A DNA stretch of 64,000 nt from an uncultured Acidobacteriota bacterium. GTDB lineage: Bacteria > Acidobacteriota > Vicinamibacteria > Vicinamibacterales > CAVVIG01. Position 1 is the stretch's first letter. Every line of letters starts with the position of its first letter. Made by a program: the position numbers and the translations under genes. The notes beneath the pieces were generated by a model. It was given only the letters and a program-made list of their open reading frames with translations, ran no database searches and was not told the DNA's origin. Location: NCBI GenBank assembly GCA_963757655.1, contig CAVWSQ010000001.1:1520961-1584960 (forward strand), given 5' to 3'. Shown piece after piece: positions 46,454 through 57,713 of the stretch.

Positions 46454-49142
46454 CCCGCAGCGCAGCGAGCGGATCGATGCGCGTGGCGCGCGAGGAGGGG
46501 ACCGCGACCGCCAGCAGCGCCACGAGCGCCAGCAGCAGCGACATCGACACGTAGACCAGTGGATCCGCGGCGCTGATCCCGAACAGCATCGTCGCCATGA
46601 ACCTGGTCAACGCGAGCCCGCCGGCGACGCCGATGCCAATCCCCAGCAGCGTCATCGATCCCGCCTCGCGCAGCATCAGCGTCAGCACTTGTTTCCGCGA
46701 CGCGCCGAGCGCCATTCGAACGCCGATCTCGCGGGTCCGCTGGGTCACCAGATAGGCCATCACCCCGTAGAGGCCGGCAGCGGTCAACGCCAGGGCGACG
46801 AGGGCAAACGCCGAGACGAGCACGAAATTGAGACGACGCGGCGCAATCGAGTCGCCGATGAGATCGTCCATGTTGCGGACGAGCCCGACGGGAACCTGCC
46901 GGTCAACGTGGGACACCGCGGCACGCAAGAGCGGCGTCACCGAGGCGGCATCGCCGGTTGTGCGAATGACCAGCGTCATCGCCCGCTCGAAACCGAAGCC
47001 CAGGGAGTCGAATGCCTGGCGCTGCGGGAGATACGCCGCCGGCTCGGTTTCAGCGTCGAGCCCTTCGTGGCGCGTGTCGCCCACGATGCCGACAATCTCG
47101 CGCCATTGGTCGACAGCGCCGATGCTGATCCGCTGCCCTATCGGATCGTCGTTCTGCCAATAACGACGAGCCGCTGCTTCGTTCAGGATGACGACGCGAC
47201 CAGACGTCTCGACGTCGTGAGCGGTGAATTCCCGTCCGCGCCTCAGGGGAATGCCCAGGGTCTGAAAGTAACCGGTCGAGACAAGGCGCGGGTGCAGGCG
47301 AACCGGAATCGGCGACTCCGCCGTGCGGTGTTCGATCGTCAGGTTGAGGCGCGAGTCGGCGCCATCAAACGGCAACGACGTCGTCACGCCAACGCGTTGG
47401 ACTTCCGGCGCCGCAGCAAGCTGTTCGGACAACGCATCGAAGAACCCAACCACGCGGGCGTGTTCACCATATCGGGTCGAGGGCAGGGTCACGCGCGCGA
47501 TGACCAGCTGCGCCGGCTGGAACCCGGGCGACACGTTGAGCAGGTTGTTGAAGCTGATGACGAGCAGCGACGCACCGGAGAGCAGGACGAGCGACAGGGC
47601 GAGTTCCGCGACCACCAGCGCGGCGCGGAGACGCTTCGCCCTCGCGCTGCCGCTGCCGCCGCGCGATTCCTCGTTCAACGACACCGCCAGGCGTTGATCC
47701 GACGCCGCGAGCGCCGGCAGCACGCCGAACAGGAGACCCGTGATCAGCGACACGACCGCCGACGCCGTCAGCACGCGCACGTCGATGCCGAGTTGATCGA
47801 GACCGGGCAAGCCGGCGAACCGCGCCGGGAGCAGCGCACGGAGGGCCGACAAGCTCCAGGCGGCGAAGAGCACGCCGGCGGCTCCCCCGACGGCGGCGAT
47901 CACCAGGCTTTCGGTCAGCATCTGCTGGACGAGCCGCCGTCTCGATGCACCGACCGCCGTGCGGATTGAGATTTCCTTCTGTCGCGCCGCCGCGCGTGCG
48001 AGCAGGAGTGTGGCGACGTTCGCGCAGGCGATCAGCAGCACGAAACCAACCGCACCGAGCACCACCAGCAGCATCGTCTCGACGTCGCCGACGAAGGCGG
48101 CGCGCAGCGGCCGGAGGTTGGGCGCATGGTTGGCGTTTTCCTCGGGGAATTCGCGGGCGAGCCTCGTCCCGATGAGGCGAAGCTCTTCCCGCGCGCCTTC
48201 CACCGCTACGCCATCAGCGAGCCGGCCGATCGCCTCGAGGAAGTGCGCTGCCCTCAATGTGCGGTCGTGATCGTCCAGCGCGAGCGGCACGACAATGTCG
48301 GGCCGCGACGGCCACCAGAATCGCGCCGGCAGCACACCGATGATCTCGAAGGTCTTGCCGTCGAAGGCCACGGTTCGGCCCACGGCCGATGGGTCGGCGC
48401 CAAAACGGCGGCGCCAGAGCGTGTCGCTGAGCAGGACGACGCGATGACGGCCGACCGTTTCTTCTTCGGCGCGGAAATCACGTCCGAGCGCCGGCCTGAC
48501 GCCGATGACGTTCAGGAATTGCGGGGTCACTTCGAGCGGCCGCACGCGTTCGGGTTCGCCGTCACCGGTCAGGTTGTACGCGCCTGACGGCGAGAGAATC
48601 GTGTACGCCGCCATCGCCGAGAACGAGCGGCTGTCGCGCTGCCAATCGAAGTAGTCGGCAGGGGCGATCGGACCGAACCAGCGGCTCTCGCGCGGCCGCT
48701 GTTCGGCGAGCGACATCACGCGATCGGCGTGCGGATACGGCAGCGGCCGCCACAACACGGCGTCGACGACGCTGAAGATGGCGGTGGTGGCGCCGATGCC
48801 GAGGACGAGCGCGAAAACGGCGACGGCGGTGAATCCCGGCTGCCGTTGCAGCATCCGAACACCGAAGACGATGTCCTGTCGAAGGCCGTCCCACATATGT
48901 CCGAACCCTCTCAATTCGTCCGCAATCGGCGGCAGCGGCCGGCCGTGCGCCGCCCGTTCCCATCTGAACGTGAGCGCCAGCCGCAGCGATTGCCACCACA
49001 GCCAGGCGCCCGCGAACCGGCGGCCGCCGCGAGCTCGCCTCGCGAGATATTCTTCGTGGAGGTCGCCGGCAATCGGATCGCGGAGATCCCCGGGCACGAA
49101 CCGCGCAAACAGCCGCAGGCTGAACGGCAGGCGTTCGGACAT
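46446..49142 (-). CDS. ADOP family duplicated ABC-type permease (two MacB/FtsX-like halves)
   Basis: 898 aa. The N-terminal FARFVPGDLRDPIAGDLHEEY is typical of ADOP proteins. There are two FtsX-type 4-TM modules, and a PadR gene lies directly upstream. Confidence 0.85.
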   Translation of the reverse strand: MSERLPFSLRLFARFVPGDLRDPIAGDLHEEYLARRARGGRRFAGAWLWWQSLRLALTFRWERAAHGRPLPPIADELRGFGHMWDGLRQDIVFGVRMLQRQPGFTAVAVFALVLGIGATTAIFSVVDAVLWRPLPYPHADRVMSLAEQRPRESRWFGPIAPADYFDWQRDSRSFSAMAAYTILSPSGAYNLTGDGEPERVRPLEVTPQFLNVIGVRPALGRDFRAEEETVGRHRVVLLSDTLWRRRFGADPSAVGRTVAFDGKTFEIIGVLPARFWWPSRPDIVVPLALDDHDRTLRAAHFLEAIGRLADGVAVEGAREELRLIGTRLAREFPEENANHAPNLRPLRAAFVGDVETMLLVVLGAVGFVLLIACANVATLLLARAAARQKEISIRTAVGASRRRLVQQMLTESLVIAAVGGAAGVLFAAWSLSALRALLPARFAGLPGLDQLGIDVRVLTASAVVSLITGLLFGVLPALAASDQRLAVSLNEESRGGSGSARAKRLRAALVVAELALSLVLLSGASLLVISFNNLLNVSPGFQPAQLVIARVTLPSTRYGEHARVVGFFDALSEQLAAAPEVQRVGVTTSLPFDGADSRLNLTIEHRTAESPIPVRLHPRLVSTGYFQTLGIPLRRGREFTAHDVETSGRVVILNEAAARRYWQNDDPIGQRISIGAVDQWREIVGIVGDTRHEGLDAETEPAAYLPQRQAFDSLGFGFERAMTLVIRTTGDAASVTPLLRAAVSHVDRQVPVGLVRNMDDLIGDSIAPRRLNFVLVSAFALVALALTAAGLYGVMAYLVTQRTREIGVRMALGASRKQVLTLMLREAGSMTLLGIGIGVAGGLALTRFMATMLFGISAADPLVYVSMSLLLALVALLAVAVPSSRATRIDPLAALRGT

Positions 49143-49146
49143 GACC

Positions 49147-49479
49147 TCAGCCGAGCGCAGACTCGAGGCCGCGCCACAACGCGACGAGCGCGCGCCGGCT
49201 GTCCTTCAGTGCGCTGACGGCTCGAGGCCGCAACGCGTAGTAACGTTTGGCGCGCCCGCCGCGTTCTGGCGTCGGATCGGCCAGTCGCGAGCGCAGAAAC
49301 CCTTTGGTCTCCAGACGGTCGAGCGTAATGTAGATCGACCCACGGGAGACGTCGCGGCCCGTGCAGCGCGCGATCTCGTCGCGCACCGGCACGGCGTAGG
49401 CGTCGTCACCCAGCCGCATGATCGCCAGCAGCACCATGTGCTCGAATTCGCCGAGGTTCACCGCATCCGGAACACTCAT
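49147..49479 (-). CDS. PadR family transcriptional regulator
   Basis: ORF 49147..49488 trimmed to ATG: MSVPDAVNLGEFEHMVLLAIMRLGDDAYAVPVRDEIARCTGRDVSRGSIYITLDRLETKGFLRS. Confidence 0.9.
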   Translation of the reverse strand: MSVPDAVNLGEFEHMVLLAIMRLGDDAYAVPVRDEIARCTGRDVSRGSIYITLDRLETKGFLRSRLADPTPERGGRAKRYYALRPRAVSALKDSRRALVALWRGLESALG

Positions 49480-49515
49480 GCGATCCAAATGCTGACATAG
49501 TAAGCAATATAAGTC

Positions 49516-49544
49516 AAAAAAAGCGGGCCGCCGAAGCCGCCCGC
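49516..49544 (-). terminator. Intrinsic terminator downstream of the DinB-like gene
   Basis: Minus strand: GCGGGCGGC-UUCG-GCGGCCCGC (9-bp stem with one mismatch, UUCG loop) followed by U7. Confidence 0.75.
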
Positions 49545-49567
49545 CCTTCGTACTTCAGACTTCTAGT

Positions 49568-50080
49568 CTAGAGGCCCCGGCCGCGCCCCCGCATCGCACC
49601 TGCGCGCTCGGTGGACGGAGGCACCATGCCCTTGGTGCGCAGATAGGCATAGGCGGTGCCGGCGATTTCATTGCCGTGCACGATGACGCCATAGAGTGCC
49701 GCCGCGCGTGTCTGCTCGTTCTGTCCCGCCTTGACGAACTCGGTTGCGTTCGCGTCGGTGACCGCTGCGAATGCCTTGTCGCACAGCGCATACGATTCGG
49801 CCAGGGCCTTGGTGAGCTCGGCTTTTGTCTTCAGTTCCTGTTCGAGGTTCTTCCCGGCCATCGGATTGGGCACGCCGGTCAGGCCGGAACACTGGCCGAA
49901 CTGCGCCTGGGCGATGTGGGCGATGAGCTGCCCGTAGGTGCGCGCTTCGGGCATCGATCCGACCTTGAAGGTGTAGTCGGCCTCAGGCATCTTCTCGGCG
50001 GCGCCGGTGAAGTTCGCCTTGATGCCGGCATAACCGCGCTGCAGGCTGGTGGCGAGGCCGATCTTCTGGCCGGCGGGCAT
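49568..50080 (-). CDS. DinB family protein (possible frameshifted or longer secreted form starting at 50147)
   Basis: 170 aa. YGQLIAHIAQAQFGQCS...LYGVIVHGNEIAGTAYAYL shows the DinB four-helix His pattern. An SD-preceded signal-peptide-like ORF (MKRVMYLASAVVLLVAPAVYLS) lies just upstream in another frame. Confidence 0.75.
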   Translation of the reverse strand: MPAGQKIGLATSLQRGYAGIKANFTGAAEKMPEADYTFKVGSMPEARTYGQLIAHIAQAQFGQCSGLTGVPNPMAGKNLEQELKTKAELTKALAESYALCDKAFAAVTDANATEFVKAGQNEQTRAAALYGVIVHGNEIAGTAYAYLRTKGMVPPSTERAGAMRGRGRGL

Positions 50081-50274
50081 CTGAGAGGTACACGGCGGGA
50101 GCGACGAGGAGGACGACGGCCGACGCGAGATACATGACGCGCTTCATCAGAGACTCCTTGAAGAAAAACGACTATCTGCAGCCGACAAGTGTATGTCGCC
50201 TGACCAGGGCGTTCAAGCCGTGCAGCGCTCACCCTGACCCACGTCCGGCTGGATCATCGGGAGTTCGCCACTCA

Positions 50275-51696
50275 TCAAGGCGGCGATGACGGCCGGGCGC
50301 TGATCGATGGCGGGCGGTCCACCGGGGCTGCGCCGGCGCGTACGGCGCGCGCAGCGGGCGCTGTGGCTCGCGCGGCTCGCCGCGGCGACTGTGGACGACC
50401 CCAGAGATAGTACGCGGGCACGCCGAGACCGACCAGCGCGAGTCCGGCCAGGCTGTCCATCGGCTCGGAGACGAGGCGGTTGATCACAATCGTCGCCGAC
50501 GCGACGACGAACACGCCCGGCACCCACGGATAGCCCCAGACGCGGTAGGCCGGCGCATAGTCGGGCCGGCGTCTCAACACGAAGAGGCCGCCGGCCATCA
50601 GCGCGAAGAAGATCCACTCCGTGAAGATCACGCGCGTGAACAGCTGCCGGTAGGTGCCGGACCAGACCAGCGCCGAGGCCCAGATCGCCTGTAACACGAT
50701 GGCGCGATGAGGCGTGCGGAATCGCGGATGCACGTCGCCCATCCACCTGAAGATCATCCCGTCGCGGGCCATCGCGAAGTAAACGCGCGGCGCTGCCAGC
50801 ATGCTGCCGGTCATCGCGCCGAAGACCGAGAACATCACCAGGCCAGAGACCGCCGCGCCTCCCGGCGCACCGAGCAGGGTGGTGGCGACATCCGCCGCAA
50901 CGCGAGTCGACGTCTCCACCCGTTCGAGCGGCAGCACGTAGAAATACACCGCGTTGAGGGCCACGTAGCACGCCGTGACCACGACGATGCCGAGCGCCAG
51001 CGCCCGGGGGATGGTGCGCTCCGGCTGGACCGTCTCTTCCGCCGTATAGGTCACGACGTGCCAGCCGCCGAAGGCAAACAGGCCGGCGATGAGCGCGAGA
51101 AGAAAGTTGTGCGGGCGCACCGTGACTGCCAGCGTCGCGGCGTCCTGCTGAAAGTGATCCGGCAGGCGCGCGCCGACGACGAAGCCGATGGCGACGATCA
51201 GCGCCACGGCACCGACTTTGGCGATGGTGAACGCGGTCTGCACCGCGCTACCCCGCTTCACCCCGACGTAGTTGAGTGCCGAGATGCCGAGAATGGCCGC
51301 CACCGCGACGGCGCGGATGCCACGGTCGCTCAGCGGAACGAAGAACGCCGCATAGCGGCCGAACACCGTCGCCATCGCCGCGATGATGCCCGAGTGCATC
51401 ACCCAGAACATCGCCCAACCCCACAGGAAGCCGGCGACCGGGGCATAGGTTTCGTTCAAGAAGACATAGACGCCGCCGGTACGGGGAAACGCGGACGCCA
51501 GCTCGGCGCAGGCCAGCGCCCCGAACAGCGTCAACGCGCCCGAGACGCCCCAGGCGAGCAGGACCGCCCAGATCCGCGGAACGTGCTCGGTCAGCTCCGA
51601 GGCCTGGACGAACACCGACGCGCCCATGATGGTGCCGACGACGAGCGCGGTCGCCTGCGGCAGCTCGAGCGATCGGATCAGACCTGGTTCAGTCAA
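50275..51696 (-). CDS. APC family amino acid permease
   Basis: 473 aa, TTG start. LELPQATALVVGTIMGASVFVQ...ELASAFPRTGGVYVFLNETY. 12 or more hydrophobic segments. Confidence 0.9.
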   Translation of the reverse strand: MTEPGLIRSLELPQATALVVGTIMGASVFVQASELTEHVPRIWAVLLAWGVSGALTLFGALACAELASAFPRTGGVYVFLNETYAPVAGFLWGWAMFWVMHSGIIAAMATVFGRYAAFFVPLSDRGIRAVAVAAILGISALNYVGVKRGSAVQTAFTIAKVGAVALIVAIGFVVGARLPDHFQQDAATLAVTVRPHNFLLALIAGLFAFGGWHVVTYTAEETVQPERTIPRALALGIVVVTACYVALNAVYFYVLPLERVETSTRVAADVATTLLGAPGGAAVSGLVMFSVFGAMTGSMLAAPRVYFAMARDGMIFRWMGDVHPRFRTPHRAIVLQAIWASALVWSGTYRQLFTRVIFTEWIFFALMAGGLFVLRRRPDYAPAYRVWGYPWVPGVFVVASATIVINRLVSEPMDSLAGLALVGLGVPAYYLWGRPQSPRRAARATAPAARAVRAGAAPVDRPPSISARPSSPP

Positions 51697-51739
51697 GGAA
51701 CCCGCATAGTATGCGCCCTTTGTTCGTGGTGCTTTCGTG

Positions 51740-51862
51740 CTTGGTCCGTGGTCCGTGGTCCTGGGTCCGTCCTTTGGTCCTGGATCCGCGAATCAGGTAC
51801 CCAGGATCAACCCGGACCAAGGACCAAGAACCAAGTACGGACCGCGGGCCAAGAACCAGGAA
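51740..51862. repeat. Heptamer arrays with opposed arms (CTTGGTC CGTGGTC CGTGGTC CTGGGTC ... GGACCAA GGACCAA GAACCAA)
   Basis: Read directly in the divergent spacer between the APC permease and amidohydrolase genes. The register was checked with the ORF 51711 translation. Confidence 0.8.
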
Positions 51863-51882
51863 GCATGGACTAGAATCCGCGC

Positions 51883-52890
51883 ATGAAGATCGACGTGTTC
51901 GCCCACGTACTGCCGCCGCGTTACCTGGAAGAGAGGAATAAACGCGCCGGCAACCGGCTCGCCACACAGTACGGCAAATATTTCCACGCCAACCCCGGAC
52001 TCACCGATCTGGACGTCCGCTTCCGCGCGATGGACAAGTACCCCGACATCGTCCAGCTGCTGACGATCGCCGGTCCGAATCTGGAGAGCGTGCTGGAACC
52101 GGAGGACGCGGCGGAATGCGCCCGTGTCGCCAACGACGAGATGGCGGAGCTGGTGGCGAAGCACCCGCATCGCTTCTGCGGCGCCTGCGCCGCGCTGCCG
52201 ATGAATGACGTCGACGCGGCGCTCCGGGAAGCCGATCGCGCGATCAGGGATCTGCGATTTCGCGGCGTCGAGATCTTCACCGACCACAACGGCCGCCCGG
52301 TGGACGCGCCAGAGATCTTCCCGCTCTACGAAAAGATGGCGGCCTACAACCTGCCGATCCTGCTCCACCCGCGCCGCACCAATACGACCGCGGACTACCA
52401 GGGCGAGGCGAGTTCGAAGTACCTGATCTACACGAACTTCGGCTGGCCCTACGAGACCTCGCTCGCCATGGCGCGCCTCGCGTTCGGCGGTCCGCTCGAG
52501 AAATATCCGAACCTCAAGATCGTCACGCACCATGCCGGCGGCATGGTTCCGTACTTCCACAAGCGGGTGCAGCTGTCGTGGGACTTCAACGAGATGCGCA
52601 TGGGTTACCAGCACGACGGTCAGACCCTCACCAAGGCGCCTGTCGATTACTACCGGATGTTCTACTGCGACACCGCGATCCAGGGGAACACACCGGCGCT
52701 GATGTGCGCCTACGAATTCTTCGGAGGGGATCACATGGTGTTCGCCACCGATACGCCGTACGACAACCAGCTTGGCGAGCGCGTGACGCGCGAGACGATC
52801 GAGGGGGTCGAGGCGATGCCGATCGATGCGGCGGCGAGACAGAAGATCTACGCAGACAACGCGCGCCGGCTGTTCAGACTGCCGGTATAG
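51883..52890 (+). CDS. Amidohydrolase-2 family protein (ACMSD-like metal-dependent hydrolase/decarboxylase)
   Basis: 335 aa. MKIDVFAHVLPPRYL...; ...ILLHP...; ...IVTHHAGGMVPY...; ...MVFATDTPYD. The TIM-barrel metal-ligand pattern (H-x-H...H...D) is plausible. Confidence 0.75.
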   Translation: MKIDVFAHVLPPRYLEERNKRAGNRLATQYGKYFHANPGLTDLDVRFRAMDKYPDIVQLLTIAGPNLESVLEPEDAAECARVANDEMAELVAKHPHRFCGACAALPMNDVDAALREADRAIRDLRFRGVEIFTDHNGRPVDAPEIFPLYEKMAAYNLPILLHPRRTNTTADYQGEASSKYLIYTNFGWPYETSLAMARLAFGGPLEKYPNLKIVTHHAGGMVPYFHKRVQLSWDFNEMRMGYQHDGQTLTKAPVDYYRMFYCDTAIQGNTPALMCAYEFFGGDHMVFATDTPYDNQLGERVTRETIEGVEAMPIDAAARQKIYADNARRLFRLPV

Positions 52891-52946
52891 CCGGGGGCTG
52901 GGAGCCCTGGGCCCAGAGAATAGGCTAGGGTTGTTCGAGAACACCG

Positions 52947-53243
52947 ATGACGCTCGAGAGATTCAAGGCCACGCTGCAGGACGGCTCGCCTCCTCTGTTA
53001 CCGCCGCTGTTGCTCGCGCTGTGGCACGACGCGCGCGGAGAATGGGACGAGGCGCATCGCGTCGCACAGGAGGTCGACGATCGAAACGGCGCCTGGGTGC
53101 ATGCCTACTTGCATCGCAAGGAAGGCGATCTCGGCAATGCGGCGTACTGGTATGGTCGCGCCGATCAGCCGATCACGAACGAAGCGCTCGCCGTCGAATG
53201 GGAACGGATTGCGGCGGCGGTGCTCGGCGGCACGTCAGGTTGA
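52947..53243 (+). CDS. Conserved hypothetical small protein
   Basis: 98 aa. ...LWHDARGEWDEAHRVAQEVDDRNGAWVHAYLHRKEGDLGNAAYWYGRA. I recall this motif as a widespread uncharacterised family. Coding-like composition. Confidence 0.6.
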   Translation: MTLERFKATLQDGSPPLLPPLLLALWHDARGEWDEAHRVAQEVDDRNGAWVHAYLHRKEGDLGNAAYWYGRADQPITNEALAVEWERIAAAVLGGTSG

Positions 53244-53247
53244 AGGG

Positions 53248-53778
53248 ATGATGAAGAAATCGCGCAAGAGGAGAAAGCAGGGGGATATGCCCGCTCCGCG
53301 AGCGGCAGGGCCAAGAGCGTCGCGGCCCCGCATGCCCGGCTACGGCATGCCGACCGGTGCGAAAGGGTTGTTGTCGTGGGCCTGGGCCGAGCAGCGCCTC
53401 CGCAAGTCGCACAACTACTACCTGATGACCGTGCGGCCCGACGCCAGGCCGCACGCGATGCCGGTATGGGGTATCTGGGTGGACCAGCGCTTCTACTTCA
53501 GCACCGGCGCGCAGTCGGTCAAGGCGCGCAATCTCGCCGGCAACACCTCGTGCGTGATCTGCACCGACAAGGCCGCCGAAGCCGTCGTCGTCGAAGGCAC
53601 GGCGTCGCCGGTCGTCGACGCGGCACGAATCGCCACGCTCTCATCTTCCTACGCGAAGAAGTACAAATCGTTCGAGCTGGATCCGAAGCTGGGGCCGATC
53701 TTCGAGCTGCGCCCGAAAGTCGCGTTCGGGCTGCGCGAGAAGACGTTCAAGGCGATGACTCGTTGGACATTTTCCTGA
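53248..53778 (+). CDS. Pyridoxamine 5'-phosphate oxidase family protein
   Basis: ORF 53101..53778 trimmed to Met50. ...SHNYYLMTVRPDARPHAMPVWGIWVDQRFYFSTG...VVVEGTA is the split-barrel PNPOx-like pattern. Confidence 0.75.
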   Translation: MMKKSRKRRKQGDMPAPRAAGPRASRPRMPGYGMPTGAKGLLSWAWAEQRLRKSHNYYLMTVRPDARPHAMPVWGIWVDQRFYFSTGAQSVKARNLAGNTSCVICTDKAAEAVVVEGTASPVVDAARIATLSSSYAKKYKSFELDPKLGPIFELRPKVAFGLREKTFKAMTRWTFS

Positions 53779-53888
53779 GGCGATCGCTGAGCGCCAAGGC
53801 GGGGCCTGTCCGCGAACAGCTCGCCGCCATTGGTCACCCCATCGGTGCGTCGGCATCGCGTTGTCTCCGGCATCACCCGACGACTACA

Positions 53889-53973
53889 GCGTTTTTCAGA
53901 TGTGCGTAGGCGACGGGCTTCAGCCCGTCGCTCGGCCGGCCTGAAGGCCGGCCGCTACGAGGATCTGAAACGC
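53889..53973. repeat. Compound REP-like palindrome: outer arms enclosing two GC hairpins with TTCA/TGAA loops
   Basis: GCGTTTTTCAGAT gtg CGTAGGC GACGGGC-TTCA-GCCCGTC gctc GGCCGGCC-TGAA-GGCCGGCC GCTACG agg ATCTGAAACGC. Outer arm pairs are GCGTTT(TT)CAGAT/ATCTGAAACGC and GTAGgCG/CGcTAC. Confidence 0.8.
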
Positions 53974-54164
53974 GCCCTAACGACTTCGTACTAACGACTC
54001 TCGACTCGAGACCGATATGAAGGGAAATGCTTCCTCGCTCCGCCCAACTTCCGGCTTCGCACTGGCGCGGCACGCCCAGAAGTCGGCGCCCGAGCAAATG
54101 AGAAACCACATGCGCGAGCTCGGCTCGATTCTCGCCGGGAGCTTTCATCGGGTGCTGGCTCGAG

Positions 54165-54437
54165 TTGGGGAACGCCGCGCTGATGCTGCAGGAGTACTGG
54201 CGAGACGGACGGCCAGCGGGCGCGCCGGAGGGCGTGCTTGGCCTGGGCGTGTCGGTGTGCTTCATGTGCGCCGATGCGCTGACCATCTACAACGACGTCA
54301 CCTCGCGAGGTGTTCGGGCGTCGAAGCCGTTCGTCGGCAATGGGCTCTGGGATCTGGCGCTGCGGGATCCTGATGGCTACCACATTCATTTCGAGAGCCC
54401 GACGGACGTGCCGGAGGACACCATCTACTCAGGGTGA
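54165..54437 (+). CDS. VOC (glyoxalase/bleomycin-resistance) family protein, probably 5'-truncated fragment
   Basis: 90 aa from TTG. NAALMLQEY...GLGVSVCFMCADALTIYNDVTSRGVRASKPFVGNGLWDLALRDPDGYHIHFES corresponds to the second half of a VOC domain. The frame is closed by a stop at 54099, and no convincing first beta-alpha-beta module is found upstream. Confidence 0.5.
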   Translation: MGNAALMLQEYWRDGRPAGAPEGVLGLGVSVCFMCADALTIYNDVTSRGVRASKPFVGNGLWDLALRDPDGYHIHFESPTDVPEDTIYSG

Positions 54438-54508
54438 AACGGCGCAGTTGGTGAGTTGGTGACTCGATTGCGGCGCGGTCCAGGCGGACCGCACCCACGA
54501 CACCAGGT

Positions 54509-54541
54509 CAAACAAGAAAGGCGGGTCCCGAAGGACCCGCC
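54509..54541 (-). terminator. Intrinsic terminator downstream of nrdJ
   Basis: Minus strand: GGCGGGUCC-UUCG-GGACCCGCC (perfect 9-bp stem) followed by UUUCUUGUUUG. Lies 55 nt after the nrdJ stop. Confidence 0.8.
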
Positions 54542-54595
54542 TGGTGTTGCTCGTCGAAACTAGATGTTTAGTCCCCAGTCCCTAGCCGCCGGTTC

Positions 54596-57445
<2,850 letters not shown>

Positions 57446-57608
57446 TCCGGGGGGTCTCCCGGATCGCGGCGATCGCCCTCCCGCCCCAGGGGGTGACCGT
57501 CGTGGCTGTATTGGAAAACAGTGGCCGCTCAGAAAACCTGGAAACCTGCTGCGCACTCACGGGAAGCTGGGAGCCCCCGTTCGTATGCTCTGTCTCGCTC
57601 GGCGGACC

Positions 57609-57661
57609 AATATGCGCTTGGCTAGAAGGTTTGTCAAGCGTGTAAACACCACATATTGTGC
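57609..57661 (-). promoter_or_regulatory. Candidate nrdJ promoter (-35 TTGACA, 17 nt, -10 CATATT) with an upstream NrdR-box-like palindrome
   Basis: On the minus strand the -35 is at 57637-57632 and the -10 at 57614-57609. The 16-mer ACACCACATATTGTGC (57646-57661, plus strand) matches the remembered NrdR box acaCwAtATaTwGtgt at 13 of 16 positions. Only a half-site (CCAATAT) overlaps the -10. Confidence 0.5.
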
Positions 57662-57713
57662 ATCTGTTTTAGGTCACTCGCAAGATGTGGACGTGGTTGG
57701 CAGGATCTGGTCT

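Noticed and set aside
57446-57605. Cobalamin riboswitch in the nrdJ leader
   Set aside because: Only isolated fragments (GCCACTG, GGGAGACC) are present. The conserved GGGAA...GGTG...TCC core and a proper B12 box with flanking helices could not be assembled. B12 repression of a B12-dependent RNR is also biologically unexpected. An Infernal scan is needed to settle it.
57601-57621. Second NrdR box overlapping the nrdJ -10
   Set aside because: Only a half-site (CCAATAT) matches. The other half of the 16-mer has essentially no agreement with the consensus.
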